From: Vicugna vicugna
Taxonomy: Eukaryota
NCBI GenBank assembly: GCA_013265495.1
Contig: MU061603.1
Location: 312,923 to 376,922 of the forward strand
Reading direction: 5' to 3'
Length of the DNA: 64,000 nucleotides
Below are positions 25,351-38,189 of the stretch, piece after piece. The position numbers were made by a program, and so were the translations under genes. Every line of letters starts with the position of its first letter. The first letter of the stretch is position 1. The notes under the pieces were generated by a model that ran no database searches, was not told the DNA's origin, and was given only the letters and a program-made list of their open reading frames with translations.

Positions 25351-28300
25351 GCAGGCGGGCAACCAAGGCCTGAAGAAAACTGTTTATCCAGGGAAGCACA
25401 GAAATCACACATGACCACAGAAAATCAGAACCTGCCCAGCTCCCTCGACAGTGAAATCCGTCGATGGCTCTAAAATCCCCTGGGGAGAAACAAACAAAAC
25501 TGGCTGGTCCAGTGTAGACAGGAAGGGGTGGAACTGCGTCTGCTCGACCTATAGGAGGCGGCCCAGGGCGCTACCAGTGCCCTTAATTAACGACCTCTGC
25601 CAATTTCTGCAGCTGCTCCTCAGCAAGGCCCTGGCTGGTGCTGGCACGGAAGGGTTGGGGGCTGCCTTGCGTCTGCAGAAAGTCCCCTGGGGAGGAACCG
25701 AATGCCGCCATTCACCCACCCAGACAGAAAAGGGGAGGTGGACTCCTGAGGCCTGGACTCTCACCGGATGGGCTCCATCTCTTAGCCTTGGGAGCTGGTC
25801 AGGTGGTCCCTCCCACACCTGGTAAATGAGAAGGATGCTGTCCGCTGACAAGAAGAGTAACTTGGTCAGCCTGACGGTGGCTATCACAGTCACGAAGATT
25901 CAGATGGTCAAGAGAAAGTGGGGAGCGCTTAAACTCCCCAGGGCGCTGGCTGGCGGGTGGCCCCAAAGGCCCCGGTCTAAAGCCACACGACAGTGAGAGC
26001 CTCACTCAGGTCCCCCGCAGGGCTCGCTCAGTGCACCCTAAAGTCCTTCATGGAACTCAGGCAGAAACTCGCTGGTTACCGGGGGAGACACCGAGGTCAC
26101 CAAGGTCACCACTCAGATGTGGCCTCTAAGACTCAAGGTGTAAAAATGGATCGTGATCAAAGGCTCTGTTTTGCTCTTTCCTTTCACAACTGAACCCACA
26201 ATTCATCTGTTCAGAGACCTGTGCTCCGGAGACCCCACCATCCTGCTTGAGCCCCAAGATACACACTGACAAGCCGACAAAACCTCTGAGTCTGATCCTG
26301 ACCCTGAGCTTTTTCTTTCACTGTTTTCACTTGTTTTATGAAGAAAGGTAATAAAGAATCCAAAACATTGTGCAAAGAAATGCTGGAGGTAAGGATGACC
26401 CACTGCCACACACAGTAAAGCCGAGGTCTGACAGCAGGTGGGGACGGGCCAGGGGGTCCTTCCAGGCTGCAAGCTGCCCCTGTACGCCCCTCAGCCTTGA
26501 GAGTCCAGCCAGGAAGTCCCAGGCTGTGAATCAGGACAGCGCGTGCTGTTACCGGGGTGGGTCCTGGCGAGGGCCCAGGTCAGGAGCTCAGAGACACAAG
26601 GGCCTCAAGAGGCCACGAAGGCATCCCCCAGAATGTCCGATTCTTAGCCATCTGCGTGAGGGTCCCTGTGTCGAGGCAGAGTCGAGCTGGGGACGCTCCC
26701 TAGAGTTCCCTGTGAGGCCCGGCCGGCAGGGGAGGACCCACCGTACAGCCATGTCGAGCTCACTCTGCCTGAGAACAAGTGCTGGGCCCCATGGAGGCAT
26801 TTCCGGGGAAGCATCTGCTCGGTCCCCAAGCGGACGGCCGAGGTGGAATCTGGGCATCGTCGTGGTCAGCCTTCCCTTGGCTGCCTTACTCCTTGGAAAA
26901 TGGGGCCCCGAGATGTCCCTGGGACTTCAGCCTGCACAGAATCCTCGCCTGCCTCTCCTGGGAGAGGAGACACAGGTGGGAGGCAGTCTCCTTTTTTGGA
27001 TTTTTGACACAGAAGAAAAACGCTTCCACCAGAGGGCTGAGGAATGAGAATTCCGGCACGCGATGTCTAATTGACATATTTTCAGGAAAAAGTAAGATGC
27101 CTCTTTACAAACCTTTAACATTAAATCCCAGTCTCTCACTCCCTTCTTCAAGGGAAGAAGCAAAGGTTTAACATGGGCCAGCACAGGGAAGGGGCTCTCT
27201 CCTGGACCGTGACCAGGAACCCCTAAAAAGAACCACACAACAGGGGAGCGTAAGTGTTTCTCCCTTAAAACAGCGGGCAGGAGCCCGATGGGCCGAAAGC
27301 GCCCTCAGCAAAGAGGGCAGTCACATGGCCAGGCCGGGGGCAGGGACTGCTGGTCTCACCCAGGCTGACAAATGTCAGCAGAGCCCCGCTCTTGTCCTGC
27401 CCTGTCCCAGGCGCATGGATGCTGACACTCAAGCCAAATGAAGGAAGGCGAGGGGCCTGGTCTGCAAAAATCTTGCTTGATGCAGGCCCTCCCGGGAGGT
27501 CCATGCAGAGGGACCGTGGAGCCAAGACGTAGCACTGCCCTGTGGGAGCCCAGACGCGGACATCGCCAGGCAGCAGCTGGGGGAGGCTGGATGGTGTGAG
27601 GGAGGCCATGTGATGGCAAACAGCCCTCAAAAGAGGCTGAGGGAACAGGGGCGGTTCTGAGAAGAGGAGTGGCCGACTCAATCTGACTCCTGAAACTTAG
27701 AAACTTAACATTGGCTCTGGACGTGGCCAGGCTGGAGAGTGGGTGGGGCTCCCACCAGGTCTCCCCTGGGACATGACCAGCTCTTACAGAAGGCTGCGAG
27801 GAACAGGGGTGGAAGATCCTGTTAGGAAAGGAACACAGTGACCTAGGATTGACAGCCATACGACAATGCGCGTGCCCTTAACACTAGCGAGCTGGGCACT
27901 TAAAACTGCCCAAGATGGTCAATTTTATGTTATGTGTGTTTCACCACCTTAAGGGAAGCTTAAGAAAAAGAACCACAGATGCTGCATGGAGATCCCACCT
28001 ACATTCTGAGCAGCAAGAGAGCACCATAAGGATTTTGATCTGCTGGTCATTCAAGCTGATGGATCCAAGGGACCCATCAAGGTACCTGACCAAGAGTTAG
28101 TGCCCAGCAAATGCCAAGTGGGGCCACCGGAATCGTACAGGCACGAGGTGGGAGAGCCCCAGGCTTGCAACCTTCTCATTGGAACCACATCCTGCAGGGG
28201 GCTGTACCCCAGTGTCTTTGTCAAAACCCGGGTTGAATGCACATCTCACACGGTCTGCAGAGGACCAAGTGCGACTCTGTGATACAGCAAAAAGACCAGC

Positions 28301-28997
28301 GCTAACTGGCTGCAACGTGGTGACAGTCATTGGGCGCACAGTCCTCTGTCGCTGCCCCAAGGCCAGGCCACAGCAGGAAGGCAGCAGCCCTGCTTGTCAA
28401 GTGCTGCACTCTCTGCCCTGTCCCCCGGGGTCCCCAGAGGACAGCCACAGCCACACCCAGGGGACAGGCGCCTTCCCTCTGAGGCTCCCAGAGGCCTGCA
28501 GTGTCCAGCCTTGAGCTGACTCACACTTGCTTGTTCGTTCTAAAGGAAATTCAGAGAGTGCAACCACATTCCCACCTACCCATGAAGAGCAGGGGCCACT
28601 GCCCTCGAAACCTTCAGATGGCTCCCTGCTGGGGTCACAGCACCAGGGTCTCATCCCAGGTCAGGTGGCCCCACAGCCCTCTGCCCTTAGAATGGTGAAG
28701 AAGCCCCTTCCCTTCTAGGAGCGGTCACTCACTGTCCCCAACTGTCCCGGTCACTCACCACCCTGACTCTCCACATGGCCACACGGGGACCAACCCCCAA
28801 CGCCGCAGACACAATGAGCCCCCATCAGCGTACCTTCATGCAGCTTCGTGTCCCCACCCAGAAGAGGCAGACGAGGAAGGGAGGATGCAGGCTGCAGACC
28901 TGGGTGGCTGGCCCGCGCCTTACCCTTGCCTCTCCTGCCTCAGTCTCCCGCCTGCAGGAATGGGCACCTGCGCCTTGGGGGCTCTGAATGCACTGAC

Positions 28998-29122
28998 CTG
29001 GATCCTGCCCTGGACCCCGGTGCTGTCCATCTGACTGGCCACGTTGACTGTGTTTCCCCAAATGTCGTACTGGGGCCTGCAAGCTCCAATCACTCCGGCC
29101 ACCACGGGGCCAACGTTGATGC
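28998..29122 (-). pseudogene. ADCY1: ADCY1 exon 19 (catalytic motif, Arg->Gln)
   Basis: 125 bp, [42 protein letters not shown]; ASQM in place of ASRM (CAG at 29031-29033). Confidence 0.93.
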
Positions 29123-30357
29123 CTGGAAAACAGCCCCGGTGTGGTGTTAGTGGGGAGGTTTTGGAGGGGAGGCCATGGGGTCACTAAGTGCAAACCCCTC
29201 CCTAAAGCAGGGACCCCACAGCATCACTGAGCAGCTGCTCCCAGCCCCTGCTTGCACCCCACACCACCAGGAAGCAGTCCTGATCCCAGAAAAAGTCCCA
29301 TTTCCTGGAACAGCATCCTCAGACCAAGTCCTGCTGCTAAGGCGGCTGACCTTTCAGTCTGTAGAGCCACAGTGTGTGTCCCCCCCACCCCAGCTCCCTC
29401 TTTCAGTAAGGACAGTAGCTCCTGACTGTTTCCCAGGTGGGATCCCTCAGCTTCTCCGGGTGTGGGCCCAGAACAAAGTACTTCAGGATGCTCTGAAGGA
29501 GAGCGGAGGCCCCCTTCCCTTTATGTGATTTGGGGCCCACCCGGCCTGGGGGGTGACACAGGCCCGTGTGCCCCAGCTGTGTCTGGGCCGACACCAGGTC
29601 GTATCTTCTGATTCTGTCCTCGGGCATCGATCTTTCTGAGCTCAGCCAAGCTGTCAATAACGTTTCAGACACTGGCCTAGTCGATCCCCCAAAGCCTGGG
29701 CAGGCAGTGCTGGCATCCGCAGGAGAAGGTGGGGGAAGCGAGCAGAACTGGACGGTGTGAGCTGGGGGCACTCAGCCACGGGCCAGGTGGATGTGGGACC
29801 TCGAGGAAGAGCCCCAAAGGGCCCACTTCCCAGATGGCTGGTGGGACGCAGAGAGCCACCCTCTACCAACCCGGATGCCCCAGTCCACGTGAACGAGACG
29901 GAGCCAGGATCCAGTCTCGTGTGACTAGCCATCCAGGCACAGAGGGCACTGGCTGGTGGGTTCTCAGTAGGAGAGTAAACAATAGAATTTCCCTGATGGA
30001 CACTTGGATCTGTTCCCTGTCGCACCAGTACATCTATTAATCCGAGCTCGCAGCCCGGAAGAACTGACCGCTGGGGGTGAGGCGCAGAGGGCGCCCTGCC
30101 CCCACCTCCAGCCCGTCCCTCAGGCCAGGCACCAGGTCTAAGTTAGCGCTTGTGCTTAAGCGCATCAGAACTCCACCCACCCTGATGGACACCTGCTGCC
30201 CCCCTCACACTCAAACCCAGCGCTCAGTCCTGCTCTTAAGGCCACTAGACGTGTGAATTGTAAAACAGCCAGAAGTGTCCAGTTTAACTAACTGTATCGT
30301 GACTAGCAGGAAAGAGAGAGAGAGAGACAAAGGAGAAAAAGAAACCATAAATCTGCA

Positions 30358-30485
30358 GGGAGGAGGGCATATCTTAGTGGTAGGGTCCGTGCTTAGCACG
30401 AAAGAGGTCCTGGGTTCAATCCCCAGCATCCCATTAAAAAAGTAAATAAATAAGCCTAATTAACTCCCCCACTGAAAAATAAATT
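30358..30485 (+). mobile_element. tRNA-derived SINE (camelid vic-1-like)
   Basis: gggaggagggcatatcttagtggtag...gaggtcctgggttcaatccccagc...aaataagcctaattaactcccc. Confidence 0.88.
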
Positions 30486-31104
30486 GAAAAATCTAAAATA
30501 GTTAAGACAAAGATTTTTTTTAAAAAATCATAAATCTCTAGTTTAACTATATCCTTGACTAGCAAGAATTTTTGTGGGAAACTATCTTCTTCCCAGAAAA
30601 AAGCTGAATTTAAGAGTGAAAAAACCTATAGATTTATAAAAGCTAGAAAGGAACTTAGAGCTCTGATGGTCCCCCTCCTCACGCACAGGTGAGGGATGGG
30701 ACCCCAGGAGGACAAAGGACCCGCCTTGAGTCTGCACAGCTGGGCTCTGCACAGCTGCGGCCCCAGTGTTCCGGGCCTGCTGACAGGGAAATGGGGCATC
30801 TTCCTCCAGCTAAGTGTGGACTCAGAGGTGTATCTGAAAGCCTCTGAGATAATCTACATTTCTCATGTGTTTTGTGAGCTGGACAATAACTCTTCCAGGT
30901 CCTAAGTCACTGATACCCAGCTCTGAGGCACACCCAGCTGTCCCTGAGTCCCACTCACTCATCTGGGTGGCTCCACCCTCCTTCCTGAGACAAGGGAGCC
31001 TGGACCAATGACCTCCTAGGGGGAGGGCCGCGGCCACCAGCTCCTGGGGTGGACACGGGAAGGGTGTGCTGGCCCCCGGGATGGGACGGCCTGCAGCCAC
31101 GTAC

Positions 31105-31219
31105 CGACACGGAGCACAAAGTCGTTGTAAGACTGGTAGTTGATCTCATCCAGGACGTCGAACATCTCGATGGCAAAATCTGCCAACGTGCTGAGGTGGG
31201 AGGAGATGCACTTCTTCGC
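31105..31219 (-). pseudogene. ADCY1: ADCY1 exon 18
   Basis: 115 bp, AKKCISSHLSTLADFAIEMFDVLDEINYQSYNDFVLRV; cag/gtacgt. Confidence 0.93.
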
Positions 31220-31389
31220 CTGGATGTGAGCAGACACGGGTTATTACGTTCAAGGGGTGCAAGGGCAGAGGCAGCAGGGACACTCAGCCAGGGATCTGTC
31301 GGGGAGGGGTGCAGCCTGTACCCCTGATGAGCTCAGGGATTTGATCCCCACATCAGCAGTGCAGCAGCCGGGCTGCTTGAGTTAAATCT

Positions 31390-34300
31390 ACAGGTCAAGT
31401 TGGGAATCACTGACGTCTTAACGATGTCTTTCTACGCAGAAACATTGAATATCTTTCTGCTTATTTAGACCTTTGATTTCTTCATCCGAGTTTTACAGCT
31501 TTCCTCATAGACATACTACATTATCTTTAAAAGTTTGTACCTAATATTTTATTTTGAGGGAGGGAGTGCTAATGTAAACGGTATTGTATTTTTAAATTCC
31601 ACTTGTTCATTGCTGGTATATAAGAAAGTAATCGACTTTTGTTTATTAACTTTGCATTTTGCAACCTTGCTGTAATTGCTTATTGCAGATATTTTGTTGA
31701 TTCTTTTTTATTTTCTACATAAACATTCATGCTATCTAGGAACAAAGAGAGTTTCATTCCTTCCTTCCTTCCGTCTATGTACCTTTATTTCCTTTTCTTG
31801 TGTTACTGCACTAGTTAAGACTTCCAGCATGAATGTCAAATAGGAGTGGTGAGAGGGGCTTGCTTGCCATGCTCCTTACCTCATGGGGGAGGCATTTCTC
31901 ATCATTATGCATGTGGTTAAGCTACAGGTTTTTTTTGATAGGTGTTTTTTTATCAAGTTGAGGAAGTTTCCTTCTATATGTAGTTTGATGAGAAATTTTT
32001 CTTTAAATCAGGAAGGAGTGTTCTAGGCTGTCAAATAATTCTTCTGCATCCATTAATGTGATTTCTCTTCTTTATCCTGTTGATAAGGTGAATTTTATTA
32101 ATTAATTTTGACATGTTGAGCCAGCCTTGCCTATCTGGAATAAATTCAACAACTCGTTTGTGGTGTATAGTTCTTTTCGAACCTTGCTGGATTCAACTGG
32201 CTAATATTTGTTGAGAATTTATGCATTTGTGTTCAAAAGAAATACTGGCCCATAATTTTCCTTTTTGTAATTTCTTTATCTGGTTCAATATCATGGTAAT
32301 GCTGGACTCACAGAATGAGTTAGAAAGAATTTCTTCTACTTCTATATCCTGGAAGAGATTGTAGGGAACTGGGATGATTTCTTCCTTAAATGTTTCACAG
32401 AATCCACCAGGAAACCCATCTATGCCCAGCACCTTCTGTTTTGGAAAGTTATTAATTATTGATTCAATGTATTTAATAGACATATCCCCACCCAGATTAT
32501 CAGTTTCTTCTCAGCTGAGTTTTGGGAGATTGTGTCTTTCAAAAAACTGGTCCATTTCTCCTCATTTATCAAACTTGTGGGCATATAGTTGTACTTTTAA
32601 ATACTAATTGGAAATAGTAACTTTTAAAATGTTTGATTTTCTAATTGTCTACAGCTAATATACAGAGATAAAACAGAAATTCATATGTTAATTTTATATT
32701 CGGTAAACTCACTTAAAAATTTTAGCAGTTTATATATAAATATTTTAGTTAAGAATAATGGCTCCATTCCTACTTTTGCAATTCACAAATCTTCTATTTA
32801 TTGTCCTTCCCTTATTGGACTACTAGTTAGGACCTCCAGTGTAGCATCACAGAGCTGTTCACAATATACGTTAATATCTTTTTAATATCCATTGGTTCAG
32901 TGGAAATGGCCCCTCTTTCATTTCTAATATTTGTGTCTTCTCCCTTTTTTGTTGATTGGCATGGCTAGAGATCATCAATTTTATGGATCTTCTCAAAGAG
33001 CCAAATTTTGGTTTTGTCGAATCTCTTGTTTTCTTGTCTTTAATTTCATTGATTTGTGCTCTGACTTTTATTATTTATTTTCTTCTTCTTGCTTGAGGTT
33101 AGATCATTCTTCTTTCTCTACTTTTCTAAGGTGGAAGGTGGAAATTTAAACTATTGATTTGGGATTGGTTTTCTTTTCTAATATACAAATTGAATCATAC
33201 AAATTTCTCTCTAAATACTGCCTTTTCTGCATCCCACAAATTTTCATAAGTTTTATCTTCAATTTCATTTATTTCAAATTATTTTTCAACTTGAGATTTC
33301 TTCTTTGTCCCATGTGTCATTTAGAAGTGTATGGCTCCATCTCCAAATATTTTGGAATTTTCCAATTATCTCCTAGAAATAAGATTTCTACTTTAACTCC
33401 ATTCTGGTGTGAGAATATAGTTTACATGATTACAATTCTTTTAAATTTGTTAAACTGAGTTTTATGGCCCAGAGTGTGGTCTATCTTGGTAAATGTTTCA
33501 TGTGAGCCTTAAAAGTAGTGTATTCTGAGGTTGTTGAATGAAGTAGTCGATAGATGTCAATTACACCCAGGTGATTGATGACACTGTTCAATTCAGCTAC
33601 CTCTACAGATTTCCACCCGACTGGATCTACCAATCACTGATAGTGTGGCACTAAATTCTTCAACTGTAATAGTGGATTCATCTATTTCTCCATGCGGATC
33701 TATCAGTTTTGGCCCCCTGTTGTTAAGTGTATAAATATTGAAGATTGTTGAGTCTTCTTGGAGAATTGACTTGTTTTTCATTATGCAATGACCCTCTTCA
33801 TCCCTGATCATTTTCCTTGATCTGAAGCTTGCTTTGTCTGAAATTAAGATAGCTACTTGAGTTTTTAATAGTGCTGGCATTGTATTTATTTCTACATCCT
33901 TTTGTTTTTTACATTCTGTTATTTTTTTTCAGTTTTATTAGGTAGAATTATTACAATTGACTGCACATACACATTATATTGCATGTGAATACATATATAC
34001 AGTATACTGCACTTTTTTTTAGTTTACATATATGTACTAATTATTGTTTCTAAGAACGGATTAGATCTTTAGCCTTTTAAACTTTCATAGTTATCAAAGG
34101 AAAAAAGCCAACTACAAAATAAGAATCAACAGAATGTGGTAATCCAATCATAAAGGACAGTCAGATGTGCTTACACATATTCCAGACATCAAAATAATAA
34201 TTAGTTCATTTGAGTCCTTATTATTAGTTATTTTTTTTTAGATTCCTCATATAAATGATGTCATATGGCGTTTTTCTTTCTTTCCAGCCCACTTCACTTA

Positions 34301-34680
34301 GAATGACAATCTTCAGGTCCATCCATATTGCTGCAAATGGCATTATTTTATTCTTTTTCATGGCTGAGTAGTGTTCCATTGTATATATGTTCCACCACAT
34401 CCTCTTTATCAAGTCATCTGGTGATGGACATCTGGGTTGTTTACATCCTTTTATTTTTAATGTGTATGTGTCTTTATATTTAAAGTGTGTTTCTTGCAGA
34501 AAATCTAGTTGGGTCTTGCTTTTTAGCCACTTGATCAGTTTCTGTTCTTTAATTGGTGTATTTAGACCATTCACATTTAAGGTGATTATTGATACAATTA
34601 GATTAGTATCTACTGTATGTACAACTGCTTTCTAGCCATCGCACTTTTATTTTTTTTTTTTTTACATCTTCCTTTCTTTT
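31390..34680 (-). mobile_element. Old L1 (L1M-type) ORF2/3' fragments interrupted by a younger insert at 33904-34441
   Basis: Degenerate ORF2 peptides in the ORF track (KQKVLGIDGFPGGFCETFKEEIIP; QVAILISDKASFRSRKMIRDEEGHCIM; MNGLNTPIKEQKLIKWLK). Confidence 0.88.
33904..34441 (-). mobile_element. 5'-truncated L1-headed retro-insert with 11-bp TSD
   Basis: tacatcctttt at 33893-33903 and 34442-34452; L1 ORF2 end (KQPRCPS...WMDL...ILSEV) at ~34230-34441; minus-strand AATAAA at 33934-33939 followed by an A-rich tail. Confidence 0.75.
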
Positions 34681-35036
34681 TCTGTCTCTTTTATAGGAGC
34701 AACCTGAGGACTTTATTCACAATCCTGCATCAGAAAAGGGGAACATTCAGTGGTGCCAGGCTGCCACGGTGGTGGTGGTGGGGTGCCAGTGGGGAGGGAG
34801 CAGGGCTGGAGGAAGTCCCTAGGATGGGCCTTCCCTCTGTTGACTTTCCACAGGAGGTCGTGTCTAGAGAGAGCTGGTCACTGACAAGACAGCCTGCAGG
34901 CTGCTGCCCTAGTCCAATGCAAAGGGCAAACCAAAGCCCACAGTGGGGACTCTGTCCATGGTCCCTGGGCAGTTTGGGGCAGAGCTGGAACCCAGTCTCT
35001 GAGCAGGGCACACCTGGACAGCGGGCAGGCACTCAC

Positions 35037-35135
35037 CTTGGTCCCAGCTGTGGGCGCCAGCCCCACAGCAGCCATGTAGGTACTCCCAATGGTCTTGATC
35101 TTCTCCAGGTCCTTGTAAAAGTCTTTGTCCATGAG
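35037..35135 (-). pseudogene. ADCY1: ADCY1 exon 17
   Basis: 99 bp, LMDKDFYKDLEKIKTIGSTYMAAVGLAPTAGTK; aag/gtgagt. Confidence 0.93.
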
Positions 35136-35749
35136 CTTTGTTTGAAACACAAAACTGTTAAATGTTACATAACATTTTAGACAAGTCACGGCAGTGTACA
35201 GCCACCAGGAGTAACTGTGGAGCGGATGGGCACGTGCTGGAAAGCAACGTGTCTTCTTCATGTGGCTCTGAGATAAGTTCTGGGGCTGAACTGAAAAACT
35301 AAGGAACTCGGGCCTCAGGGGCACCTACAAAGGCATTTGAAAGAGGAGCCAGGGGAAGCATACAGAACACACTGTCTTTCAGGAGCTGAGGTCACAACCA
35401 CCCAGGAGGACGACGGGCCCCCAGCGAGGGAAGATCTGGCACAGACATGGGACCCAAGGTGGAGGATGCAGAGATGCCCACCCGTCCATCCTGTAAGTGA
35501 GGCCACCCACCTGAGCCCAGCATTTACAAGGTAGGGTACAGGTGCCAGCACCCCACCTCCTAGCCCAGAATCCATCCTCCCCAACCTAAGGCAAAGCCCC
35601 TTCCTCAACGGTCAAAGTCCGTTGGGATTCCCAAGGAGACAAAGTGTATGTGCATCTGCAGAGAACATGCTACACTTCAGAACTGTTGGGGGCTGGGTAC
35701 CCAGGCGCCCTCAGGCCCCAGGGGGTCGGGGCACTGGGGCGGCCCTTAC

Positions 35750-35896
35750 CTCATCGAAGTCGGTGATGATCTCGTTCAGGAGGCGCAGACACTCTACCCC
35801 CATGTTGTTGCCATCCAGCTCGATGTAGAAGTCGTTGAAGTTGGGGATGGAGGCGAACATGACCCCCACCTACGAGTACGACTGGTAGTACAGGTC
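35750..35896 (-). pseudogene. ADCY1: ADCY1 exon 16 (start of C2a) with premature TAG
   Basis: 147 bp, [48 protein letters not shown]; TAG at 35870-35872 (CAG->TAG). Confidence 0.93.
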
Positions 35897-36842
35897 CTGG
35901 GGGTCAAAGGTCGGGTCAGCCACCAGTGCCGAGACTGTGACCAGAACAGCTTTCAGCGCTGGTGCTGGGGACAGGCCCCACCAGGAACCCCTGCCTGGGC
36001 TGCCAGGATGTGCTGGGACCCCACACCGCACAAGGACGGGGCTTGGAGCATCCAGGACACCGCGAGGTCGTTCAGCTCACAGGTGGGAGCAGAGCCCCCT
36101 GAGAGGAGGGGAGGAGGCACCAGGGAGGGACACACTGTTCTGGGAAAACAAACCGCTCTGGACAGCCCCAGGCCCAGCAGGATGAGAGATGAGCCCGGGA
36201 GCTATTTCAGGCCAAAGATGGTCAAGCTGAGTCTTGGTGTTTGTGCCTTTAGGACCTAAAAAGCCAACCTGAGCCCCTTTATTTTTGAGTCAGATTTTCC
36301 AAGCCCTGTGCTGTGCTGCTGGGGTGGTTTTAGAGCTGCACCTCTAGGTCATGGCCCCTAACTGCGCTGAACATGGAGGAGGGAATGAACCACCGGCCCT
36401 GCAGCCAGATGGGCAGGGCCAGGCCATCCACACAAACTGAGCCAGGAGGGGGCGCCACCCAGAACATAAAGGCCTTGAAACAGCGCTTTCCCCCTTGAGT
36501 GTGGATTCCTGAAGCCCGATCTCCCGCCTTGTGGGGATGGTGAATGCTACTCTCTCTTTCAGGATCAAAGGGGAGGGCACACCAGTTCTGGTCATCTGTC
36601 AATCCCACGTCCCAGGGGCCTCCTGATGGCCCAGCCTCTGCCCTGCCCTTGGGGGTGGGCAGGGGGCCTCCCATCCTTGGTGCAGCTGAGGGCTTGGAAA
36701 TGGCCACCCTCTGCGACTTTAGGCTGGAGGAGGGTCCCTCTGGGTCAAACCTGCAGCCCCCACCAGACCAGCTCGGCTGGGAGGAGCACCCTGCTGGGTC
36801 TCAGTGCCCGGGAAGCAGCTGCCACGCAGGCCGCATGCTCAC

Positions 36843-36959
36843 CATGTTCCGGGGGTTGGACATAAGGAAGTGCTGGGCAACGTGGGCCGGCAGGAGGTTG
36901 AAGAGGACCCTCTTGTCGTCCAGCTTCACCCTCTCCATGTCGTCCTGCTCCTCCTCCGC
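36843..36959 (-). pseudogene. ADCY1: ADCY1 exon 15
   Basis: 117 bp, AEEEQDDMERVKLDDKRVLFNLLPAHVAQHFLMSNPRNM; cag/gtgagc. Confidence 0.93.
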
Positions 36960-37104
36960 CTGGGGAGGGCGGGATCCTCCATTAGTCACTCGCCTGCTCA
37001 TCCATGTTTCCTTCACTCGCTCAACAACCCGCCACCTGACAAGAGTCTCTCCTGGACCAGACTCTGAACCCTCTTCCCAACTGGGCCCTGACTTTGGGGC
37101 ATCC

Positions 37105-37450
37105 CTGTTCACTTCCACATTGTCCAGCTTTAGCAAGAACCCTGCTGAGCCAGCTCAACCAGACACCTCATCCCTGACATCAGATCACCCCACACATCTG
37201 ATTGGGTTCCTCATCTCCTTCCCTTCTCAGGTGATGTCTGATCACCTTGGCCTGTCCTCAGCATGAATCTTGTTAGATCAGCTTAGAAACCCCTCACCTC
37301 TGATTTCTCCTCTTAGCAACTTTACATCCACTGCCCCAACTCTGCCCCTTGACTACACACGCCCACCTGCCCTTGCTGTATTAGGGTGGAGCCTCGTCTC
37401 TCTCCCCCACCGCAAGACCCCCCCTGCAGTGGTCCTTACACCTACCACCA
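37105..37450 (+). mobile_element. MER39/MER21-like LTR remnant in ADCY1 intron 14
   Basis: ctttagcaagaaccctgct...tgatcaccttggcctgtcctcagcatgaatcttgttag...gcaagaccccccctgcagtggtcc. Confidence 0.6.
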
Positions 37451-37549
37451 CCCACAGGGCTGCTGGCATCTAGCCAGAAGCCCCTACATGACACCCCTCC
37501 CAAGGGACTCCCTTGCCGACCCCCAAGGAAGCAGAGGGGCTCCTCTTGC

Positions 37550-37676
37550 CTGCGCGGCCCAGAGGTAGTCCAGCCGCAGCTTGACATCCACCTGCCGGGC
37601 GTGCAGGGCCAGCGCACTGGAGAACAGCAGGATGGCCATGATCGGCTCGAAGCTGCGCCCGGAGATGCTGCCGCCC
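37550..37676 (-). pseudogene. ADCY1: ADCY1 exon 14
   Basis: 127 bp, GGSISGRSFEPIMAILLFSSALALHARQVDVKLRLDYLWAAQ; donor is GC (CAG|gcaaga). Confidence 0.9.
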
Positions 37677-37943
37677 CTTGTGAAAGAGAAGGAGGAAAAC
37701 GCACATCAGTGCCAAGAACATAGGACCCGTCCACAGAGGGCCCCTCAGACGTGCCCCCCCCCCCAGGGCTGAGAGCCACATCTCATGGGGAAACCCAATG
37801 ACTTGCTGGAACTGGCACCCAAGTGAAGTAAGGGAGAAACCCAGGCAGTAACGAGCTTCTAGTCAGCAAACTGGAACACGGGGCATCACAGGCGGGTATT
37901 TGAGATGCCCGCCCATGGGCTCTGGCAGGAGCAGCGTACCTAC

Positions 37944-38189
37944 CCCACGGCCTTTGTGTACCCGCTGAGCTCCAGGACCAGGATGTAGCGCGCCGAGCAG
38001 GATCACTTTGAGCAAGGAGGAGACACGCAGGAACACGGCCAGCAGGAGAGCGTCCACGAGGCCTCACAGCAGGGCGTGGGGCGCAGACTCGCAGGGCAGG
38101 GCAGGCAGCACTGGGGCCCGGCCCCCAGATGACAGGATCACCAGGGACCCGTTGGGGCTGGAGCTCCAGGCCCAGGGCAGGCAGCCCAC
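37944..38189 (-). pseudogene. ADCY1: ADCY1 exon 13 with TGA and frameshifting deletion
   Basis: VGCLPWAWSSSPNGSLVILSSGG...PHALL*GLV (TGA 38064-38066). After KVILL the ~LTTS codons are missing and YILVLELSGYTKAV resumes out of frame at ~37987. Length 246 bp is 0 mod 3 although the flanking exons require 2 mod 3. Confidence 0.9.
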
